A stretch of 13,368 nucleotides of DNA, from contig JBGGMJ010000143.1 of assembly GCA_041288095.1 (NCBI GenBank), positions 1-13,368 on the forward strand, written 5' to 3'. The DNA comes from Myxococcota bacterium (GTDB lineage Bacteria; Myxococcota; XYA12-FULL-58-9; JALHOP01). A program made the translations under genes and the position numbers. Positions 1 to 5,550 of the stretch are shown here, piece by piece (position 1 is the first letter of the stretch; every line of letters starts with the position of its first letter). Under the pieces are notes generated by a model that ran no database searches, was not told the DNA's origin, and saw nothing but the letters and a program-made list of their open reading frames with translations.

Positions 1-610
1 CACGGAAGGCGGCCGCGGCGGCTTCCACAGCGTCGAGCGTGCCGGTGACGAAGCCACCCGCGAAGTTCGTCGGCGACGGCGGCGGATCGATGCGTTTCAC
101 GGTGACCGCCGCTGCTTTGATCGCGGCGTCGAGGCCGATCATCGCCTCAAACGGCGGTGCGACGAGATAGCCCAGCGGCTCGCCGGCGGTAATGCCGACT
201 TCGCGCGAGAGATAGCGGCCAGTTTGCGAAATGACCGTGGGGAACACGGAAACCCCGGTGCCATCGACGGAGTAGAACGCGTAGAGCTCGTCGAGCGCCG
301 AGCGCAGCGCCCGCACTCCGTACATCAAGATGTCGGGGTCCGCTGAAGCGAGCACGCCCATGATCTCGCCGGACAACGGCCCCGAGGCGTGTTTCGAGCC
401 GGCGTAGAACGACTTCGCAAAAACCACATCGACCGCCGCCATCTTCGTCGCATGGTCGAGCGCCGCGTAGAGCGAGTCGTCCTGATCACACGTGATGAAC
501 GCGAGCGAGGTGGTGGCAGGCGGCGCGCCCAGTGCCGCGCAAAGCTCGGTGCTCGCGTGCGGCAAGGTGCGCAGCGCCGTGATCACCGGTTTCACGCGTG
601 TCACGCTCAT
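1..610 (-). CDS. eutL: Ethanolamine utilisation microcompartment shell protein EutL (BMC-T); 3' end lies outside the window
   Basis: Translated by hand from ATG 610-608, open to base 1: MSVTRVKPVITALRTL...SLAFITCDQDDSLYAALDHATKMAAVDVVFAKSFYAGSKHASGPLSGEI...ISQTGRYLS...GEPLGYLVAPPFEAMIGLDAAIKAA...PPPSPTNFAGGFVTG. These match EutL motifs (YAGxxH, YLVAPP.EA..G.DAA.K, PPPS.TN). ATGA overlap with the eutC stop. Confidence 0.95.
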   Translation of the reverse strand, partial: MSVTRVKPVITALRTLPHASTELCAALGAPPATTSLAFITCDQDDSLYAALDHATKMAAVDVVFAKSFYAGSKHASGPLSGEIMGVLASADPDILMYGVRALRSALDELYAFYSVDGTGVSVFPTVISQTGRYLSREVGITAGEPLGYLVAPPFEAMIGLDAAIKAAAVTVKRIDPPPSPTNFAGGFVTGTLDAVEAAAAAFR

Positions 611-1536
611 GTGCGCCCGAACCCGAAGCCGATGGCGACGCCACCGCCACCGAGCTCGAAAGCGCGGCGGATGATGTTGGTGGTGAGATCCGCGGCTTCG
701 CGTGGCTTGATGCCGATGCCGCGCACGTTCGAGATGCAGTTCTTCTCGGCGTTATCCTGGTCGAGCTTGGGATTCACGGCGATGTAAAACGACAGCGAGT
801 CGCCGGTGCCCAGCCCAGGCCGCTCGCCGACGACGATCACGGTGGCGCGTGCCCCGGTCAACACACCGATCTCATCCGCGACGCCGATGCGGGCGTACTT
901 CACGAACATGCTGGTGCCGGTGCGGTAGCCGGCGGCACCCAGGGCGCGCTGCAGCTCCTGCAAGGACTCCGTGCCGTTTTTCATCACGGCGTTCGACGAT
1001 AATCCATCGCCGATGATCACCTGCACGTCGGGGCGCGAGCCTTTCGCCGATCCGAGCGCGGCCAGCGACTCATCGTCGAGCCGCCGTCCATGATTCGGGA
1101 ACAGCAGGTATTCGCCACGATCGACGCAGCGCGACTTGAGGTTCAACAAGCCATGGGCCGATGCCCAGTCGTCGGGGACTTCGGAGTGGACGGCGTCTTT
1201 GGCGTCGGCGCTGCCTTCGCGCATCCGCAGATACAGATCGGTCTTGAAGCGCAGTCCGCGATGGCCGACAGCGATTTGGGAGGAGGTCGTCGCGACCAGG
1301 CGCGGAATGACCGACTCTACCTCGGGGGAGTCGACCTCGTGCAGCGGCGGGGCTGGGCGCTCGCAACGGGCGGCGTGGAGGGCCGAGGCGCCGATGACCG
1401 ATGGGTACGCCGATGTCCGACGACCGATCGCCGATTGCCGATCGCCGCCGGCCGAAGGGCCGATCGCCGACGGGCCGAGCTCGGCTTGGAGGAGCTCGCG
1501 GACGACGCGGGCGATGGTGTCGCGGTCGGCGCTCAT
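607..1536 (-). CDS. eutC: Ethanolamine ammonia-lyase small subunit (309 aa)
   Basis: Motifs GRRL, DVQVIIGDGLS, IADEIG-like GVADEIG, VGERPGLG..DSLS.Y and NCISN are present. Start placed at ATG 1536, which overlaps the eutB TGA (ATGA), rather than the track's 1671. Confidence 0.95.
   Translation of the reverse strand: MSADRDTIARVVRELLQAELGPSAIGPSAGGDRQSAIGRRTSAYPSVIGASALHAARCERPAPPLHEVDSPEVESVIPRLVATTSSQIAVGHRGLRFKTDLYLRMREGSADAKDAVHSEVPDDWASAHGLLNLKSRCVDRGEYLLFPNHGRRLDDESLAALGSAKGSRPDVQVIIGDGLSSNAVMKNGTESLQELQRALGAAGYRTGTSMFVKYARIGVADEIGVLTGARATVIVVGERPGLGTGDSLSFYIAVNPKLDQDNAEKNCISNVRGIGIKPREAADLTTNIIRRAFELGGGGVAIGFGFGRT
1383..1480. repeat. Degenerate 7-8 nt tandem repeat array (CCGA-NNN) inside the EutC N-terminal linker
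   Basis: Units read on +: ccgaggcg ccgatga ccgatgg (gtacg) ccgatgt ccgacga ccgatcg ccgattg ccgatcg ccgccgg ccgaaggg ccgatcg ccgacggg ccgagc. Confidence 0.75.
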
Positions 1537-2960
1537 GAGACGCTCCGCCAGGCGCGCGGCTTTTCGCCGAAGACCACATCGTGCAAATCGCGACGCTTCA
1601 GGAACACGGTCGGATCGCCTGCCTTGTCGGTCATGCCGTTGCCCGACCAGAGACCCCAGCGCGACAGCCACTCCTCAAACTCGGGCGCCGGCCGCAAGCC
1701 GTAGATCGAGCGCAGCGCCGCGTTGTTGTGGAACGAGGTCGTCTCGTAGTTGAGCATCACGTCATCGCCGACGGGGATGCCCATGAGATAGTTCACTCCA
1801 GCGGACGCGAGGAGCATCTCGAGGTTCTCTTGGTCGTTTTGGTCGGCCTCGGCGTGGTTCGTGTAGCACGCGTCGCAGCCCATCGAGATGCCCGAGAGCT
1901 TGCCCATGAAGTGATCTTCGAGGCCGGCGCGGGTGATCTGCTTGCCGTCGCGCAGATACTCGGGACCGATGAAGCCAACGACCGAGTTGACGATGAACGG
2001 AGCATACCGCCGCGCGAAGCCATAGGCCCGTGCTTCCATGGTGAGCTGATCGGTGCCGTCGTGCGCGTTAGCGGACAGAGCCGTACCTTGCCCGGTCTCG
2101 AAGTACATGACGTTCGGGCCGCGCGCCGTTCCCAGCTCGCGGGTCATCGCATAGGCCTCGTCGACCAACGCGACGCTGATGCCGAAGTTACGATTGGCGC
2201 CTTCGCTGCCGGCGATCGACTGGAAGCACAGGTCGAGCGGCGCCCCGCGTTGCATCGCCTGCATCTGCACCGTGATGTGCGAGAGCACGCAGTTCTGCGT
2301 CGGCACCTGGAGCTTGGTCATGAGCTGCTTTACGCGCGTCAGGATCTCGACCGTCGAATCGACCGTTTCAGTGGACGGGTTGACGCCGATGACCGCGTCG
2401 CCGTTGCCGTACGACAGGCCTTCCAAGATGACGGCGAGCACACCCGCCACTTCATCGCGCGGGTGATTGGGCTGCAGACGCGAGCTGATGCGCCCCGCCT
2501 GACCCAGCGTGTTGTTACAGCGGACAACGACGCGAATCTTCCGCGCCGCGACCACCAAGTCCATGTTGCTCATGAGCTTGGTCACCGCCGCGATCATCTC
2601 GGGCGTCAAACCCGGCGACACCGCGAGCAGGGCCTCGCCTGACGTGCGCGCGTCGAGGATCCACTCGCGCAGCTCACCCACGGTCATCGAAGCGACCGGC
2701 CGCCGAGCTTCTGGGCGACACGAGTCGACGAACAACCGCGTCAGCTCATCGCGGTCATAGGGAATCGACGGCGCGTTGTAGAGCTCATCCAGCGTGATCT
2801 CGGAGAGCACCCGCTTGGCGGCGACGCGCTCACGCTCCGAGCCCGCGGTCAGACCGGCCTGAACATCGCCTGAGCGAAGGTCGTTCGCTTTGTTCATCAC
2901 CTCTTTGATGGACCCGAAGCTGAAGGTCTCGCCGAGGATGCAGGTCGCCAGCCGCGTCAT
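1533..2960 (-). CDS. eutB: Ethanolamine ammonia-lyase large subunit (adenosylcobalamin-dependent)
   Basis: Motifs RSGD..AG, RLQPNHP, GDAVIGVNP, FQSIAGS, NVMYFETGQG, VVGFIGPEYL, RAGLEDHFMGKL, CYTNH, DDVMLNY and LRPAPEFE.WL are all intact. Confidence 0.98.
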   Translation of the reverse strand: MTRLATCILGETFSFGSIKEVMNKANDLRSGDVQAGLTAGSERERVAAKRVLSEITLDELYNAPSIPYDRDELTRLFVDSCRPEARRPVASMTVGELREWILDARTSGEALLAVSPGLTPEMIAAVTKLMSNMDLVVAARKIRVVVRCNNTLGQAGRISSRLQPNHPRDEVAGVLAVILEGLSYGNGDAVIGVNPSTETVDSTVEILTRVKQLMTKLQVPTQNCVLSHITVQMQAMQRGAPLDLCFQSIAGSEGANRNFGISVALVDEAYAMTRELGTARGPNVMYFETGQGTALSANAHDGTDQLTMEARAYGFARRYAPFIVNSVVGFIGPEYLRDGKQITRAGLEDHFMGKLSGISMGCDACYTNHAEADQNDQENLEMLLASAGVNYLMGIPVGDDVMLNYETTSFHNNAALRSIYGLRPAPEFEEWLSRWGLWSGNGMTDKAGDPTVFLKRRDLHDVVFGEKPRAWRSVS

Positions 2961-3024
2961 GGAGCGGCCATCGATATCGAAAGTTCGGGGGGCCGCCTAG
3001 CCTCGCGAGCCTGACGCGCCCCAG

Positions 3025-3045
3025 CGAGTGCAGAGCTGGCACTCG
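3025..3045. promoter_or_regulatory. Inverted repeat CGAGTGC-N7-GCACTCG, possible operator or hairpin between divergent genes
   Basis: Perfect 7-bp arms in the 142-bp intergenic region between eutB and the 3103 orphan. Confidence 0.3.
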
Positions 3046-3102
3046 TACCCGGGCACCCGCGCGACATTCCGCCCCGAAAATCGGCCTGGGAGACGTGTCA
3101 CC

Positions 3103-3396
3103 ATGCCTAATCCACTCGAGCGCTTTCGCCACTGCAGCCAGGCCGAACACCAGGACGCCCTCGACGAAGCCGAGCGCGACGCGTTCGAAGCCCAGCAGGC
3201 CTTTCAGGGCTTCACGTACAACATGCCGCGCGAAGCGCCGCTCACCACCCCCGAGTGGCAAGAGTACAACCGCGTCTACAACGACTTTCTCAACAAGAGC
3301 GAGAAACGCGACCGCGCCTTCCTCGCCAAGCAGCTCTGCGAAACCCGCTACACGATTCCGCCGCGCCGCCCGATGCCGGACCCACCAAAGAGCTAA
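3103..3396 (+). CDS. Hypothetical protein (97 aa, helical, Pro-rich C-terminus)
   Basis: ATG 3103 is preceded by SD-like GGGAGA (3088-3093). Strong G/C bias at third codon positions. Fills the intergenic gap. No family recognised. Confidence 0.7.
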   Translation: MPNPLERFRHCSQAEHQDALDEAERDAFEAQQAFQGFTYNMPREAPLTTPEWQEYNRVYNDFLNKSEKRDRAFLAKQLCETRYTIPPRRPMPDPPKS

Positions 3397-3423
3397 TCAA
3401 ATGGGGACACCAACCATTTAGCT
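3391..3423. repeat. Short AT-rich palindromic element between convergent stop codons (AAATGG-GGACACCAA-CCATTT); possible terminator or REP-like element
   Basis: Arms at 3399-3404 and 3414-3419, with an outer AGCTAA/TTAGCT pair. Composition contrasts with the GC-rich surroundings. Confidence 0.4.
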
Positions 3424-3805
3424 ACGACCCGAAAAGTCCGGTGCGCCCGGTCGTCAGATGGTTGTCGTACGCTTTGGCGACGACGACGCCACCCAGCACA
3501 CCAGCGAGCAGCACCGGCCAGCCCACGGCACCAAGGGCCGCGAGGGCTCCAACCGTCACGATCTGACCCACCGAATACGCCGCGACCCCCGCCGCGACGC
3601 GGGTCAAGGTGCTGGGCGGAGTGCCTGGCGCGTCGGGTGTGGGGCCACTGCGACTTGGACCACCGTCGACGCGTGGACGCTGGCCGCGATCGACGCCTTC
3701 GCCCGCGGACTGCGCGCGAACGATCGGCGGTTGATCGCCTGATCGCAGCACCGCGTTGTCCGTGGTGCCGGCGGGCGCGGTGCCAAAGCGCGATACGTAA
3801 ACCAT
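3422..3805 (-). CDS. Hypothetical small membrane protein (disordered Pro/Gly-rich N-terminus, Gly/Ala/Val-rich hydrophobic C-terminal segment)
   Basis: Hydrophobic stretch VAAGVAAYSVGQIVTVGALAALGAVGWPVLLAGVLGGVVVA with GxxxG-type spacing. A promoter-like sequence lies directly upstream. Confidence 0.65.
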   Translation of the reverse strand: MVYVSRFGTAPAGTTDNAVLRSGDQPPIVRAQSAGEGVDRGQRPRVDGGPSRSGPTPDAPGTPPSTLTRVAAGVAAYSVGQIVTVGALAALGAVGWPVLLAGVLGGVVVAKAYDNHLTTGRTGLFGS

Positions 3806-3811
3806 GCGCGA

Positions 3812-3839
3812 AGAGTAACACCCACGTGTGGTTTGTCTA
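3812..3839 (-). promoter_or_regulatory. Putative sigma70 promoter for a leaderless transcript of 3422..3805
   Basis: Minus strand reads TAGACA (3839-3834), 16 nt, TACTCT (3817-3812) with an extended -10 TGn, then 6 nt and the ATG. No SD present. Confidence 0.5.
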
Positions 3840-5366
3840 GTGGCTCATCGCCGCGCGCGAGAGCTCGCCGACGCAGTTCTGATTGAGCTGCGCCCTCGGG
3901 ATCGGCGCCGGCGTCTCGGGGAAGATCACGCGGAAGCCCGGCTCGAGGATCTGGCCGCGCGGGTTCTTCGAGATCTCCGAGGTGACTACCGCCTCGCGAC
4001 GCCCAACCAAGGCGCCAAACATCGCGTCGAGGTTCGGCTTGGCCGCGCACTTCTTGATGAAGGCGCCGGCCTGCTCCTTGTGGAAGGCGCTCGTGTGCGC
4101 GGGGTCGGTGATGTTGCGGAAGAGCTCGGCCGCGCCGGGGACGGGGCTGCGCGCCAAGGTGCCCGCGAAGGTGGTCTGCCAGTTGGCCGCCGCGACCTCG
4201 GGGACGAGGCGCAGGAGGCCGCAGCGGACGTTCGAGAACACCGGCTCGGTCATGTCCACCGCCAGGACATCGGCGACGAGCTCCTTGTCGATGACGCCGT
4301 TCTCGATGAGCGTCTGCACGGCGGAGATATCCGACAGCGCCTTCACCGGCGTCAGCCACGGATGATCCGCGTCCGCTCGAGCGGTCTCGGGGAAGTTGGT
4401 GCCGGTCTTCTTCAACATGGCGTCGTAGTCACCGCGATCGACGACGACACGCGGGATGACCAGCGGCTGCAAGCGCGGGTCGACGAAGAAGTCCGTCGGC
4501 ACGATGACCTGTCCGCCGGGCTCCGGGCTCGACGCGAAGTTGAGCTCGACCGGGCAGAACAGCGGTCTGAGCTGCTCCTGCAAGCTGGTGGCGCGGCGTG
4601 CCGCATCGAAGCGGGCGCTGGCTTCGAGCTTCGCGATACCCACGCGCACCGCGTCCGCCAGGCGGTCCGCTGAAACGAGCTGCTGGAAGATCGGCGCGAT
4701 GCGCTGGTCGGGCGTGCGCTTGCCTAAGTCGAGGGCGCGCTTGGTATCCCACCAGTCGTTGTGCGGGTCGGCGAGCTCTTTCATGATCGGGCCGCCGTTC
4801 GAATGGCAGGCCGAGCAGCGCAGGCGGTTACCGAACGCCGGGACCGCTGGGTTCGCCTGGCGGTGTAGCGCGCGGTTGTCGACGAGGATGTCGAACGAGT
4901 CACCGCGATAGAACCAGCGGCCAGTCGAGCCGTCGCCGCGCAGCTCGTAGAAGTTGTAGTAGCCCTTCGAGTCGTCCCAGGCGAAAGCCTCGATCATCAG
5001 GGCGTTGTTGGCGGGCGCCTGCTCGGGCACCAGGTGATCACCATCGGGCGCGGTGAAGTGACCAATGAAGGCGTCGCCAGGATTGAGCGTGAGGCCGCCG
5101 ACCTTGCCGAGCACGAGCTCGAACATGCTGAAGCTGCCCTGCGACGGGTTGTGAAAGCCCCGGTTCGCTACCAGCGCAGTTTCGAGCTTTCCGCCATCGC
5201 GGACAAGAGCAGCGCGCAAGGCGAAGACATCACGCGGGCATTCCTTGGCGCTCGCGAGCAAACGCGCGAAGGGGTCGTCGTTCAAGGACGCGCCGCGGCC
5301 ATCGCTAGTGCGAACGTCGCACGCATCGGGCGCGACGAGCATGAGCATGGCGAGCAGGGCGATCAT
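3837..5366 (-). CDS. Putative exported c-type heme protein of unknown function (single CxxCH, 509 aa)
   Basis: Hydrophobic N-terminus MIALLAMLMLVAPDA. CSACH at 4803-4817 followed by SNGGPIMKEL. Six further Cys. Starts 1 nt after the ybdD stop. Confidence 0.75.
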   Translation of the reverse strand: MIALLAMLMLVAPDACDVRTSDGRGASLNDDPFARLLASAKECPRDVFALRAALVRDGGKLETALVANRGFHNPSQGSFSMFELVLGKVGGLTLNPGDAFIGHFTAPDGDHLVPEQAPANNALMIEAFAWDDSKGYYNFYELRGDGSTGRWFYRGDSFDILVDNRALHRQANPAVPAFGNRLRCSACHSNGGPIMKELADPHNDWWDTKRALDLGKRTPDQRIAPIFQQLVSADRLADAVRVGIAKLEASARFDAARRATSLQEQLRPLFCPVELNFASSPEPGGQVIVPTDFFVDPRLQPLVIPRVVVDRGDYDAMLKKTGTNFPETARADADHPWLTPVKALSDISAVQTLIENGVIDKELVADVLAVDMTEPVFSNVRCGLLRLVPEVAAANWQTTFAGTLARSPVPGAAELFRNITDPAHTSAFHKEQAGAFIKKCAAKPNLDAMFGALVGRREAVVTSEISKNPRGQILEPGFRVIFPETPAPIPRAQLNQNCVGELSRAAMSH

Positions 5367-5367
5367 G

Positions 5368-5550
5368 CTAGCAGCACCGGGGGCTTCCCTTTCCGCCGAA
5401 GCGGGCCAGCTGGCGGTCTCTGACGAACTCAGGATAGCTCATCGCCGCGCGATCAGGGTGCTTTTGGCGCATGTGATCGACGTACGTCTGGTAGCTCGGG
5501 ACCCCCACCATCAGGCGCAGGCCATCACGGACCAAAGCGAGCAGCTTCAT
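5368..5550 (-). CDS. ybdD: YbdD/YjiX family CstA-associated small protein (60 aa, C-terminal Cys-Cys)
   Basis: MKLLALVRDGLRLMVGVPSYQTYVDHMRQKHPDRAAMSYPEFVRDRQLARFGGKGSPRCC fits the family pattern. ATGA overlap with the cstA stop. Confidence 0.92.
   Translation of the reverse strand: MKLLALVRDGLRLMVGVPSYQTYVDHMRQKHPDRAAMSYPEFVRDRQLARFGGKGSPRCC

Noticed and set aside
1537..1671. Longer eutC start given by the ORF track (1671)
   Set aside because: It overlaps the eutB coding region by more than 130 nt. ATG 1536 gives an ATGA coupling and starts at the targeting helix.
1581..2642. 353-aa plus-strand ORF opposite eutB
   Set aside because: Antisense shadow caused by high-GC codon bias, with no recognisable motifs.
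2961..3102. Cobalamin riboswitch, CIRCE or sigma54 promoter upstream of eutB
   Set aside because: No B12-box visible and the region is short. The GCACTC/GAGTGC half-sites are in the reverse order and spacing of CIRCE. TGGCAC at 3037 lacks the -12 TTGC.
5368..5376. Selenocysteine or stop read-through in the YbdD/YjiX protein
   Set aside because: The gene ends TGC TGC TAG (Cys-Cys-stop) with no in-frame TGA, and the next gene is in a different frame.
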